From positions 35,825 through 99,824 of the forward strand of contig NZ_JAQSDZ010000024.1 in the NCBI RefSeq assembly GCF_029946165.1: 64,000 bases of DNA, given 5' to 3'. Shown piece after piece: positions 9,750 to 19,226 of this stretch; the stretch's first letter is position 1, and every line of letters begins with the position of its first letter. The stretch is from Methylotenera sp. Lineage in GTDB: Bacteria; Pseudomonadota; Gammaproteobacteria; Burkholderiales; Methylophilaceae. The notes beneath the pieces were generated by a model that searched no databases, had not been told where the DNA came from, and saw only the letters and a list, made by a program, of their open reading frames with translations. A program made the translations under genes and the position numbers.

Positions 9750-11336
9750 TTATTGGCTTTGCTTGATTGCTAATACAGCTTGGTTGCGCAATGTGCGCAG
9801 AAGGCTCAGGTTTTTGGATTTTTCATCAAATGCATGGGTAGTTTGCATATCCACATAAAAGCAACCAACAGCTTTTTTATTAATCATCACTGGTAATAGT
9901 AAAAAGCTTTTTGCCGAAGAAATCTTTTTGTACCATAGGGGTATTTTTGCAGCAATTGATTCAGAATCGGTATCCTCAATCACGATATCCGCACCAGTAT
10001 CAGCGGCAAGATAAAAAACATCGGGTGTGGAATGTAGGGGAAATTTAAATGCTAGCAATATCTTTTCCGTATCCTCACCATATCCAGATCGAGCTTGCAT
10101 TAAGTTCGTTTTTGCATCGCGCACAAGCATTAACACTCGATTGCATCCCATACCTCGATACATGGTTTCTAATATCATCTGCAAAACATCATTGAGTTTA
10201 TAGTCACTGACTAAAGTGTTCATGACCTCCTGTATGCCGGCTTGAAGAATACTCTCGGAGTCTATTTTTTCATTAGATTCTGATAACTCAGCAGAATGTT
10301 CGAAATCTTCCTTAGTTTGCTTGGCTTCTTTATTGGCATTTGCTTCGTCATGTGCTGTTTGGTTTTGATCTTTCAGTGCCTTGTTTGTGTATTCAGATAT
10401 ACGCTTTAGGAATAAACTTTTTTTGATGGCTATATTAAGTATCTTAGCGCGAATGGCCATTTCCTGAAGGCTTTGTTCCAGCGTTTCATGTAGCAGCTTT
10501 TCATCTATTTGAATGGCATTTCTATATTTTTTTACCAATTGCCCAATGGCTACATTTTTATCTTCGATACTAATACTTGAGACGATTGCAGTGAGTTCAC
10601 TGGCTAAATTAACTGTTACATTGAGTTGATCCAACTCATTGGTAGAATTACCAACTTTAATATTCGGTAACGCTTGCATGCCATGAAGTAAGCGGCTTGG
10701 GAAATTCCAACTCTTAGCCACGCCATTACCTAAATCATCATAACTAATCCCCAATACTTTAATTGATGCTAGTTTAGGCGGTATACCATCAGAAATCAGT
10801 TGATTGATTTTTTGACTTTCATCAAAAAAATAAAAAGTCGTGAGTAGTTGTCCTAGGTGGTGAAAAATTCCACAAATCATCGCTTCTTCATGATTCTGCT
10901 TATGCAAATTATAAGTGAGTTGCCGAGCAGTTAGGCCTGAGAAAAATGAAAAAATCACTTGATCTGTTAGTTGAGTGGCTTGTGATTTGTTTTGTAAAAA
11001 ATCTATCAAAATCAAGGTGGTGGCAATATCACGTACTACATCAAACCCCAGAATGACTACAGCCTTAGAAATGGTGCTAATTTTTCCTCCAAATTGACCA
11101 TAAGAAACCGTGTTGACAATCTTAAGCAACTTATTGGTGAGCGAGAAATCTTGCAGAATGATTTTTGTTAGACTGAGCGTAGATGAAAGATCAGAGCTGA
11201 CTGCATTATTGATTTCGCTGAAAGTGGTAGATAGCGCAGGAAAGTCCTCATTGCTACGCATGCGACGTAGCAGTGATTCAAGTGCAGAAGTGTTATTTGT
11301 GTCCGTTATAGCCATTAATGAAAAAGATGTAATCAA
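9750..11336 (-). CDS. HDOD domain protein with C-terminal GAF-like domain
   Basis: DFPALS...IILQDFSLTNKLLKIVNT...AVVILGF HDOD signature; C-terminal FLLLPVMINKKAVGCFYVD GAF-like segment. Confidence 0.85.
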   Translation of the reverse strand: MITSFSLMAITDTNNTSALESLLRRMRSNEDFPALSTTFSEINNAVSSDLSSTLSLTKIILQDFSLTNKLLKIVNTVSYGQFGGKISTISKAVVILGFDVVRDIATTLILIDFLQNKSQATQLTDQVIFSFFSGLTARQLTYNLHKQNHEEAMICGIFHHLGQLLTTFYFFDESQKINQLISDGIPPKLASIKVLGISYDDLGNGVAKSWNFPSRLLHGMQALPNIKVGNSTNELDQLNVTVNLASELTAIVSSISIEDKNVAIGQLVKKYRNAIQIDEKLLHETLEQSLQEMAIRAKILNIAIKKSLFLKRISEYTNKALKDQNQTAHDEANANKEAKQTKEDFEHSAELSESNEKIDSESILQAGIQEVMNTLVSDYKLNDVLQMILETMYRGMGCNRVLMLVRDAKTNLMQARSGYGEDTEKILLAFKFPLHSTPDVFYLAADTGADIVIEDTDSESIAAKIPLWYKKISSAKSFLLLPVMINKKAVGCFYVDMQTTHAFDEKSKNLSLLRTLRNQAVLAIKQSQ

Positions 11337-11535
11337 TCCAGAGTTATAAAAGTTTTGATTTTAAGTATTAGTAAATCGATGGGAAAGATTATATGCTAAA
11401 AGGCTAAGTGCATTTAATAAATGGTCAATGATTCTGCGGTGTAGTTCTTACGTTGATTCAGATTCGGTTGTAAGAAAAGCTACTTTGTTTTTCAGATTCA
11501 TCTGAACAGTGGTACAAGGTTGGTGACGCAAAATG

Positions 11536-11565
11536 AAAAAAGGCCCTGAATATTCAGGGCCTTTT
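11536..11565. terminator. Intrinsic terminator (bidirectional-looking) downstream of the PEP-CTERM gene
   Basis: AAAAAAGGCCCTGAA-T-ATTCAGGGCCTTTT. Confidence 0.85.
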
Positions 11566-11589
11566 CAATAATATTGCTAGTCAGCTATA

Positions 11590-12174
11590 TTATGCATTTT
11601 TGCGTCTACGAGCTACAAAGCCCATTAAGCCAAGACCTGCAAGCATCATTGCATATGACTCTGGTTCTGGTACAGGAGAGGTTGAGTTAACATACCAAGC
11701 GCTGCCGCCTTGTGCGTCTGTCAAACCTTGTACATGCAATGCGAATTCATCACCAGCAAAAGCTACTGGATTAGCAAATGTTGCAGTGAAAGATACTGTC
11801 TCACCTGATGTTAAACGTGCTTGTTTATCAGTTAAGTCAAAGCGGAATTCCCATTGACCTGTAGGGCCACCACCATTAGAAACAGTTACAGGAGCGCCAC
11901 CAACAACGTTTGAAACTACTGGTGTTAATGCCGGGTCTGTATTTACAGCAATCGCGCCAATGAAAGCACCAGTTGTAAATATACTGTTAAGGTCAAAAGA
12001 AGTTAGTGTGAAGTTGTAAACACTACCGCTACCTGTAACAGACAAGCTAGCAAATGTTTCAGTTGGCTGATAAGAGCCAGATAGAAGTGTACCGTAGTCT
12101 TCTGTTGAAGCCATTGCTGGTACCGCTGTAAGCATTGTGATTGCAAGAAGCAATCCTTTAAGATTATTAAACAT
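11590..12174 (-). CDS. PEP-CTERM sorting domain surface protein
   Basis: Signal peptide ending PAMA; C-terminal VPEPESYAMMLAGLGLMGFVARRRKNA. Confidence 0.95.
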   Translation of the reverse strand: MFNNLKGLLLAITMLTAVPAMASTEDYGTLLSGSYQPTETFASLSVTGSGSVYNFTLTSFDLNSIFTTGAFIGAIAVNTDPALTPVVSNVVGGAPVTVSNGGGPTGQWEFRFDLTDKQARLTSGETVSFTATFANPVAFAGDEFALHVQGLTDAQGGSAWYVNSTSPVPEPESYAMMLAGLGLMGFVARRRKNA

Positions 12175-12246
12175 GTATTATTTTCCTTGAGGTTATTCTG
12201 ATTTAAGTCGACGTGCGAATACTATCTGAGCCAGAATATTCGGCAA

Positions 12247-12262
12247 TAGTCCGTATGGACTA
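12247..12262. promoter_or_regulatory. Palindrome upstream of the PEP-CTERM gene (candidate operator)
   Basis: TAGTCC-GTAT-GGACTA. Confidence 0.4.
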
Positions 12263-12330
12263 GCTGCACAAAATAGATGAATGATCTTGCTATCACTAAT
12301 ACTTATCCATCACCATTTAATCCAAAGATA

Positions 12331-13302
12331 TTACAATTGGTTAGCTCTAACTTTTGCATGCCTTAAAGAAACAAAACTAGGAATATACGCAGCCAGCAAA
12401 ATCACTATTGATAAAATTAAATACAGCCAACGAATGTTGTAGTCAGTAACAAAGCTGGAAGCTGGTTTTTGTTTCTCTAAAAACTCATAAAATTTAGATG
12501 TATCCTTGCCTTTAATGTAGGTCGCTTTAATATCTGCCGAAAGCTTAATTAAGTATTCCGATTCTAATTGAGATAAAAATCGATCATATTCTGCATTTGC
12601 GACTGGGGGATCAGGCTCATCTTGGCTTGGGTCAGCATAGGTCACACCGACTGCGCCTGCATTATTGTTATCAGTGATAGGCCAATATCCCACTCTTTTA
12701 TTATTCGAGCTAAACCTCGGAACACCAACTTTCGTAACGCCACCAATCCCTACAAACGTTAGATTTTTACCCATTTGTATGCCACTTAAATCTTGCTGAA
12801 TAGTGACATTCACTCTTGGAGCTTCATCTCCATCTGTGAAAAATAGCATTTGTGCAGGCACATTGAGAGAGTCAAATACATTCGCCGCTGCGCGTACACC
12901 AAAACTTAGGCGACTATTGCCTTTCCAAGCCATACGCCACTCAAGATGGTCTATAGAATCTGTAATGACATCTAAGTTTTTACAGACCTCTAGAGGATTA
13001 ATTAATAACGCAACGTTGTCTGATGCAAAAATACCTACGCTAAAATAAGTGCCACATGGTGATGTTTGTACAATATTCCTCATTAAATAGCGCGTATAAG
13101 CTAGCCGACTGACTGCTTTATTATTGAGCCTTTCATCCTCAGCATTCATGCTTTGAGATACATCTGCAACCAGTAAGTAGTTATGTACCCGTTGTTTTAA
13201 TTGTATATTGGGCTTAAAAATTGCCAGTATCATAAAAACGATGGCTGTTATATAGAGAAATGTTTCGTAATTTCTCTTAACAAATGTAAGTGTTTTATTC
13301 AT
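12331..13302 (-). CDS. mxaL: MxaL-like VWA domain protein
   Basis: ADVSQSM MIDAS-like motif, FFTDGDEAP, TMs at both ends; last gene of R-S-A-C-K-L order. Confidence 0.8.
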   Translation of the reverse strand: MNKTLTFVKRNYETFLYITAIVFMILAIFKPNIQLKQRVHNYLLVADVSQSMNAEDERLNNKAVSRLAYTRYLMRNIVQTSPCGTYFSVGIFASDNVALLINPLEVCKNLDVITDSIDHLEWRMAWKGNSRLSFGVRAAANVFDSLNVPAQMLFFTDGDEAPRVNVTIQQDLSGIQMGKNLTFVGIGGVTKVGVPRFSSNNKRVGYWPITDNNNAGAVGVTYADPSQDEPDPPVANAEYDRFLSQLESEYLIKLSADIKATYIKGKDTSKFYEFLEKQKPASSFVTDYNIRWLYLILSIVILLAAYIPSFVSLRHAKVRANQL

Positions 13303-13835
13303 GGTAATCCTATTGGCAAGTTACTTAATTCCATCGTGGATTGTTCTTTAGGTGCTGCCTTCATATTTTTTGCCATCACGGAATTCAAAAGACTTAGATT
13401 AAATTTGGTTGCCTTATCTTCTGGCGTGATACGAAGTGATTGCTCATAAGCCAATTTGGCTTGAATATAAGCGTATCTTGCTTCATCTTGGAATGTGCCA
13501 TCATCATTAATTCTACGAATTAAGCCAAAAGTAAACAGATTATTGCCAATATTGAAATGAATTTTGGCTTGATCTGCTAAAGATGGCGCGTTATCTAATA
13601 ACTGGCTGTAAGTTTGCACTGCATGCTTGTAATCAGATTTATTTCCTTGATCATAAGCCGCGGTAAATTTTTGCAAATAAGGATAATCAATGTCTGTGAT
13701 TAACTTGCCCGAAGCAATTTGGTCATTTAATCGCGTGATTTTATGATATTGATAAGCTTCAAAAGCCGTCCCGATAAGCCCAATAATTAATAATAATCCA
13801 AAGATAATATTGCTATTTTTGATGTGTTTTGCCAT
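13299..13835 (-). CDS. mxaK: MxaK-like TPR protein
   Basis: N-terminal TM, HFNIGNNLF, YEQSLRITP...TKFNLSLL, C-terminal LPIGLP. Confidence 0.8.
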   Translation of the reverse strand: MAKHIKNSNIIFGLLLIIGLIGTAFEAYQYHKITRLNDQIASGKLITDIDYPYLQKFTAAYDQGNKSDYKHAVQTYSQLLDNAPSLADQAKIHFNIGNNLFTFGLIRRINDDGTFQDEARYAYIQAKLAYEQSLRITPEDKATKFNLSLLNSVMAKNMKAAPKEQSTMELSNLPIGLP

Positions 13836-14800
13836 TAATGTATCCTAAGATTTTTAACCAATAAAATGAGCAAGCTCAGTGCTAATGCAATCACAATCAG
13901 GTCTCTTGAGTAATCATGACCGGGGATAGTGACCGAGTACTGAATCATATTTTTTTCTTTAGCGTTAATCTCACGAAGCGCGGACTCTAGCGTGGTTGGA
14001 TTATCTGCCTCGAAAGCTTTGTATTTGAGTTTGAGTGATTTAAAAAAGCGATCTAAATTAATTGAGTCAGGCGCTTGTTCTTCGGTGTAATTTTCTTTAC
14101 TAAAAATACTAATGTCATCTGGCTCACGCAATACAATCCAATAAAGATTGAGCTTTTTTTCCGCTAATTGGTGTGAGATTTTGTATTTAACTCTTGGACT
14201 CAACTTTCCCGCGCCATCTGAAAGCAAGATGACCGCCCTGGAACCTGAGCTTTGAATGTTATCGAACAGTGTTACCGCTTGCGTGATACCTGCACCTATA
14301 TTGGTTTGGTTTAAGGCAGGTCCTGTAGCTGCGTTAATCGCGGCATGTATGGCATCACGATTTGCTGTAATTTTCATGCCATACAGTGCTGAGTTAGTAA
14401 AACCAACTACACCCATCATATCGTCAGGGCGTGAGTCGATAAACGCCGTGATTAACCTTCTAGCTGCGGCTGACTTTATCTCTGCCGCCCTGCCGCCTGT
14501 TACTTGACCTGCGAACGGGTGGTCCATACTCACACTGCGATCAATGACCAACACAGTCTGCGCGCCTTTGCCAATTTTTTGTTCCTGCTTGCTCGCGCCT
14601 TGCGGTGATGCAAGTGCCAATACAAGACTAAGCAATAATAATGCAGTAATAGTTTTAACGGTAAGGTTAGCAATCTCTGAGAATCTGTCCGAAGGTACAA
14701 TATCAAGCCACGAATACATCTGCCCTTGATGGCTCTTTAGCAAAAATGGCACCGCAATAATGGGCAAAAGCAAAATCGCCATGGGTTGTAATAGGGTCAT
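13835..14800 (-). CDS. mxaC: MxaC-like VWA domain protein
   Basis: VIDRSVSM MIDAS, VILLSDGAG, N- and C-terminal TMs. Confidence 0.85.
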   Translation of the reverse strand: MTLLQPMAILLLPIIAVPFLLKSHQGQMYSWLDIVPSDRFSEIANLTVKTITALLLLSLVLALASPQGASKQEQKIGKGAQTVLVIDRSVSMDHPFAGQVTGGRAAEIKSAAARRLITAFIDSRPDDMMGVVGFTNSALYGMKITANRDAIHAAINAATGPALNQTNIGAGITQAVTLFDNIQSSGSRAVILLSDGAGKLSPRVKYKISHQLAEKKLNLYWIVLREPDDISIFSKENYTEEQAPDSINLDRFFKSLKLKYKAFEADNPTTLESALREINAKEKNMIQYSVTIPGHDYSRDLIVIALALSLLILLVKNLRIH

Positions 14801-15709
14801 TTATGCACCTCGCTCACAATCTCTTAAATGCTTACTGAGTTTGAGTAGCTCGCTCATATATTGTGAGGAATCAGTGGAGTGATTTGCAAACAAAAATGCA
14901 TTTGATTGGTCGAAAAAATCGCGTATTTGATTCTTAAATTTTGAAAACTGAGGATGGCTAAGCAAAAACTTATCCACCTCATAATCAAATAGATTTGAGC
15001 CATAGGTTTGATTAAAAGCTTGATGCATAAAAACAGAAGCTTGCTTTTGACCTTCTAAGGTTTTGGGTAGTTTTTTTAATTTTCGATGCGCTTGTGCAAA
15101 TGCGCCATTCATCCATGGAATCCAACGCCCATCTGCATTCATATACAAAAGCCCTAGTACGCCAATTGCTAGGAGTGCCATAGCTAATCCTAGCTTAACT
15201 TGATGTGAAACTACATTCTGTAAATCGGCTTTATGTTGCGGTTGCATAACCGGTTTAGCGTTTAAAATACCTTCTGGTACTAAAGCGGCATACCAAAACT
15301 GCCATCTAGGCACCTCTACAATAAAGTTGCTTTTATCAGCTGTGAAAGTTAAATGTTCTTTAGGCAATTGTATTAATGCTGGCTTGCTGGCACTGACAAA
15401 TACTTGGTAAGTAAGATTAATTAAGTACTTATTTTTTCCACTTGAGTGAGATAACTTTGCCTGAATATCTTTTAATTCAATCCCATCTAAGTTTCTCCCT
15501 TTGATAGGTAATATAGATTTGGAGAGTTTGTAAGATTCTTGCACCTCAATTTCCACTGTGCGATGTAAAACATCACCAATTTGTACGCCATGATTCTGCG
15601 GCGGATTTATGATTTTTATCAGTTTGGCCTCGGTATTCTGACCCTCAGACATTGCAGAGAATGACACTAAGCTAAGTAATATCAGGCATTTAAGCATTAA
15701 ATTTTTCAT
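14801..15709 (-). CDS. mxaA: MxaA-like protein
   Basis: Signal peptide, GVQIGDVLHRTV, YQVF, TM, then FAQAHRKL...HQAFNQT; position between mxaS and mxaC. Confidence 0.8.
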   Translation of the reverse strand: MKNLMLKCLILLSLVSFSAMSEGQNTEAKLIKIINPPQNHGVQIGDVLHRTVEIEVQESYKLSKSILPIKGRNLDGIELKDIQAKLSHSSGKNKYLINLTYQVFVSASKPALIQLPKEHLTFTADKSNFIVEVPRWQFWYAALVPEGILNAKPVMQPQHKADLQNVVSHQVKLGLAMALLAIGVLGLLYMNADGRWIPWMNGAFAQAHRKLKKLPKTLEGQKQASVFMHQAFNQTYGSNLFDYEVDKFLLSHPQFSKFKNQIRDFFDQSNAFLFANHSTDSSQYMSELLKLSKHLRDCERGA

Positions 15710-15721
15710 ACTTTGTTTTTC

Positions 15722-16582
15722 CTAACCCATCATTTCTTCAAAATAATGCGACATCATTTCTGGTTTATATTGATTGCTGATGAAAACTGCTTGTGTTTCA
15801 AATTTGGAAAATAAGGCGTTTAGCGCTTGTTTTCTTTGCTCGAATGCAGCAATAAATTGTTGCCTTACGGCCTCACGAAAAAATATGGTTTTTTGCAACC
15901 CAGTTTCAGGATCAATCATGTTTCCGAAACCAAACTTAGGTAGTTTCAAATACTCATGTTCATCCCAAAGCACAATAGGTACAAGCTGATGAATAGACAT
16001 TGCGCTGAGCGCTTGCTCAATTAGCGCTAAGGGCATATGAAAATCGGAAATCCAAAACACTAATCCTTTATGCTGACTTAAGTATTGAGGGACTTCTAAA
16101 ATACCTTCGCATCCGATGTTCATTCCATGAACTTGGGAAAGTTGCTCAATGGTTTCAAATGATTGTTGAACATTGCGATTGAGTGTAAGTGTCATGTCCT
16201 CAATCACCGTTTTGTCATAGCAAATCAAACTAAACAAATCACCAACCTCAAAAGCTGAATAGGCGACTGAAGCAGCGATCTCTTTCGCAATATCTAACTT
16301 TCTAACGCGCCCTTTAAATTGCATTGAGCTTGATAAGTCACATATTGCAAAAATGGGCGTCGTGTTGTCTTGATTGAATACTCTGACCTGCACTTGCTCG
16401 TAAGGGTCACGTAACGTTTGGCGGATATCCATGCGTCTTGCATCTGGATAATCAATTAGAGACACATTTCCTTTAAATTCAAACCCTAATCCACGTTGTG
16501 TACCGCGATGGCCGCCGTAATGCACGCTGCTCGATTTCCAAGGAACCTGATAGGTAAAAGGTTTTGCGTAAGCGGGAATCAT
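15722..16582 (-). CDS. mxaS: MxaS-like DUF58 protein
   Basis: GHRGTQRGLGFEF, DARRMDIRQTLRDP, CDLSSSM, FWISDFH. Confidence 0.85.
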   Translation of the reverse strand: MIPAYAKPFTYQVPWKSSSVHYGGHRGTQRGLGFEFKGNVSLIDYPDARRMDIRQTLRDPYEQVQVRVFNQDNTTPIFAICDLSSSMQFKGRVRKLDIAKEIAASVAYSAFEVGDLFSLICYDKTVIEDMTLTLNRNVQQSFETIEQLSQVHGMNIGCEGILEVPQYLSQHKGLVFWISDFHMPLALIEQALSAMSIHQLVPIVLWDEHEYLKLPKFGFGNMIDPETGLQKTIFFREAVRQQFIAAFEQRKQALNALFSKFETQAVFISNQYKPEMMSHYFEEMMG

Positions 16583-17625
16583 GCAGCTTTAGCCTGAGCC
16601 GGTACGGCAACAGTTTGTAGAATCTGTGACGTTAACTCGCGAGCTAGCACTGTTCTGCGGTTCTCATACATCGTGTTAAACACTAAGCGGTGCGCAATCA
16701 ATTCATGGAAAACCGCATGAATATCTTCTGGGTATAAGCTATCTCGATTCATTAACCATGCATTCACGCGTGCCGCTTTGAGCAACATTCCCATTCCACG
16801 CGGGCTAGCGCCCGTGTGAATCAGGCGAGTAATATCAGCACTGTCTAGCTTGATGCCAAACTTCTCTGGTGATTGTGTTGCCTCCCACAGATCAAGGGCA
16901 TATTCTTCTAGAACATTGCTTGATTTAATATGACTTTGAAGTAAATCTGAAAATGCATTCAGCTGATCAAACTGCAATACTTTTGATTCCACTTGCTGGG
17001 TCAAACTTTCTGCATGCTGAAACTTTACATCGAACATGAGCGCTTTACGCAAATCACGATCATCTGGTATGTTGATGGGGATTTCCATCATAAATCTATC
17101 GCGCGCGGCCGATGGAATCTCAAAAGTCTCATTTTTTTCAACTTGATTTCTATCGGCAAATACCACCATGTGAGGCAAGCGATACTCGCGTTTGAAAGCA
17201 CTGATATGTCGCTCAGCCATTACACGCAGCATTAGTGCATGCACTTGCGGTCTTGCTCGATTAATTTCATTAAAAAAGAAAACAGATAAATTCTCGCCAG
17301 CTCTTAATAAAGGGCCTTCATCAATTTTTGGGCGACCATCTTCTCCCAAATAAGTATGGTAAATAAGGTCATTTGGCATTAAATCCACGGTGCCTTCAAT
17401 ACGCTCATAGTCACCACCTATGCATCTTGCAATAGATTGCAACAGCGTCGTTTTACCTACGCCTACACCGCCTTCAAGTAATACATGACCACGGGCAAAA
17501 ATCGCGATATTGATCAAACGAATGGCTTTTTCCTGTCCTACGATTACCTTTTTCACTTCGTTTTCTAGCTTTAATGCATGACTACGCCAATCTGCCAAAT
17601 TTGCATCATTAATTGATATTTGCAT
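16579..17625 (-). CDS. mxaR: MxaR / MoxR AAA+ ATPase
   Basis: GGVGVGKTT Walker A, NEINRARPQ, GASPRG; start set at ATG17625 with AGGA RBS. Confidence 0.92.
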   Translation of the reverse strand: MQISINDANLADWRSHALKLENEVKKVIVGQEKAIRLINIAIFARGHVLLEGGVGVGKTTLLQSIARCIGGDYERIEGTVDLMPNDLIYHTYLGEDGRPKIDEGPLLRAGENLSVFFFNEINRARPQVHALMLRVMAERHISAFKREYRLPHMVVFADRNQVEKNETFEIPSAARDRFMMEIPINIPDDRDLRKALMFDVKFQHAESLTQQVESKVLQFDQLNAFSDLLQSHIKSSNVLEEYALDLWEATQSPEKFGIKLDSADITRLIHTGASPRGMGMLLKAARVNAWLMNRDSLYPEDIHAVFHELIAHRLVFNTMYENRRTVLARELTSQILQTVAVPAQAKAA

Positions 17626-17694
17626 ATGAATCCTATATAAATAAAGTTTACGGAGAACGATGCATTGCATTGTGCAATACATTGCGTTAACATG

Positions 17695-17707
17695 CAGACA
17701 GGTCTGT
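17695..17707. promoter_or_regulatory. Candidate TetR operator in the mxaR divergent promoter
   Basis: CAGACAGGTCTGT contains CAGAC-AG-GTCTG and ACAG-GT-CTGT; the latter 10-mer is the reverse complement of 49513-49522. Confidence 0.6.
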
Positions 17708-17771
17708 TCGTTTTTATAGTCTACTTTAAGTTTTCTAGTGAACGCAAGATATTTTTTTGAGGTAAATTAAG

Positions 17772-18551
17772 TTGACCCAATTACACAATTATCAGGTAAG
17801 AAAAATTAAGCTCTGGGATCTAACAGGTTTAGTTTCTTTTACTGGCCTGCAAAAAATCATCTCTTCTAAATCGGGTAGAAATATCGCACTTATCTTGCTG
17901 CCAAAACAGTTAAATGATTGGAATAGAGCTAGGGCTGCAAACCTAATTGCCAATGGACAACATTCAAATTTATCTTTTGAAGACATCAGTTTTATTAAGA
18001 ACCAAATTCAAGAGGCGGTTAGCAAATCTGTAAAAAATTGCACACAAGTATTCATAGATCAGCTGTTCTTTTTGACGATAGGCGCCATTCAAATTCAATC
18101 TCAAACTGATTCCTCTCAGGCTTGGAAGTTATTATCGCAAACCATTGATGACTACTTAAATCCTAAAAGTGAATATCGAGTTTATCAATTCGGCGCCTTA
18201 ATCATGTTTTTTATGATTTGCCTGAGCACGTTGCAAATTATCCCTACAAAACATTACGCAGCAAGTGCAAGTGGCGATGACATGCTTTTCGAAGCACCAA
18301 AAAACTCAATGCCTGTAGGTATAGCCGACCCCGTTACCATCAGTATGTTACAACTTGCTTATAGCAAAATGAAAAAGGGCACTTGCCAACTTCCGCAAGC
18401 AGCTATGTTGCCAGAACGCCAAAGACAAGCATTTTTGGCTTTTGTGAATGAAGGTACGATAGACGTGAATAATGTGGAAAATTTAAGAGATGCATTTGGC
18501 TACGTGAGTTGTTTATACCCACAAGAACTTATGCGTCCACTTATACATTAA
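17772..18551 (+). CDS. Uncharacterised membrane protein: degenerate TetR C-terminal-like domain + TM + two-Cys periplasmic domain (paralog of 50231..51028)
   Basis: TTG start with GAGGT RBS; TM VYQFGALIMFFMICLSTLQII; C-terminal YSKMKKGTCQLPQA...YVSC aligns with the 50231 protein. Confidence 0.75.
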   Translation: MTQLHNYQVRKIKLWDLTGLVSFTGLQKIISSKSGRNIALILLPKQLNDWNRARAANLIANGQHSNLSFEDISFIKNQIQEAVSKSVKNCTQVFIDQLFFLTIGAIQIQSQTDSSQAWKLLSQTIDDYLNPKSEYRVYQFGALIMFFMICLSTLQIIPTKHYAASASGDDMLFEAPKNSMPVGIADPVTISMLQLAYSKMKKGTCQLPQAAMLPERQRQAFLAFVNEGTIDVNNVENLRDAFGYVSCLYPQELMRPLIH

Positions 18552-18580
18552 TCACTCAAACTAAAACATTTTAGTTATGT

Positions 18581-19156
18581 TTGAATAAAGGAATTTTGAT
18601 GAAAACCAATGAGAAAATATTAGCCGTCGCTACACTTCTATTTGACAGTAGGGGCATACAAGCTTCTGGCGTAGATACGATTATTGCTGAGTCTGGCGTA
18701 GCGAAAGCAACGCTTTATAAACATTATCCAAGCAAAAACCTCTTGGTCATTGCTTATCTCAAGAGTAAATCTGATAAATTCTACGAGTGGTTGAATTCGC
18801 AATTGGCTTCTAAAAAAGAAGACTCCATTGAGATTCTGATAACCCTATGCGAGTTGGTTGAAGTGTGGATTTCAACACCAGAATTCCATGGACTTCCATT
18901 CCATATTGCTTCGGTGGAGTTTCCAGACCCAGATCACCCAATCAATCAATACTCTGTTGTACTCGCTGCGGAGTTACAAGGTTATCTGTCGAAAATCGCT
19001 AAAACAGCGGGGGCGCGTGACCCAGTTGCGCTTGGACAACAACTCACCATCATATTTGAAGGGGCTGCTTTAGTTGATAGATTAAGCCCAGGTACTGGGG
19101 CCGCAAAAAGAGCAAAGAATGCAGCTGTCGCATTAATCCAGAGTGCAGTCAAATAG
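18581..19156 (+). CDS. TetR/AcrR family transcriptional regulator
   Basis: GVDTIIAESGVAKATLYKHYPSK HTH; likely start ATG18599. Confidence 0.95.
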   Translation: MNKGILMKTNEKILAVATLLFDSRGIQASGVDTIIAESGVAKATLYKHYPSKNLLVIAYLKSKSDKFYEWLNSQLASKKEDSIEILITLCELVEVWISTPEFHGLPFHIASVEFPDPDHPINQYSVVLAAELQGYLSKIAKTAGARDPVALGQQLTIIFEGAALVDRLSPGTGAAKRAKNAAVALIQSAVK

Positions 19157-19226
19157 TGATGTATTAGGTCTTTAATCGATCTTTTAGCCATCACTAAAAT
19201 CAGCGCCTTGATTTATGTTATCGATT

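Noticed and set aside
11510-11535. GGTGACGCAAAAT resembles part of a c-di-GMP-I riboswitch
   Set aside because: The upstream GGCAAA...GAAA element is missing and the orientation does not lead into a gene.
17664-17678. Palindrome ATTGCA-TTG-TGCAAT upstream of mxaR
   Set aside because: Single occurrence with no counterpart at the mxaD promoter; could be chance.
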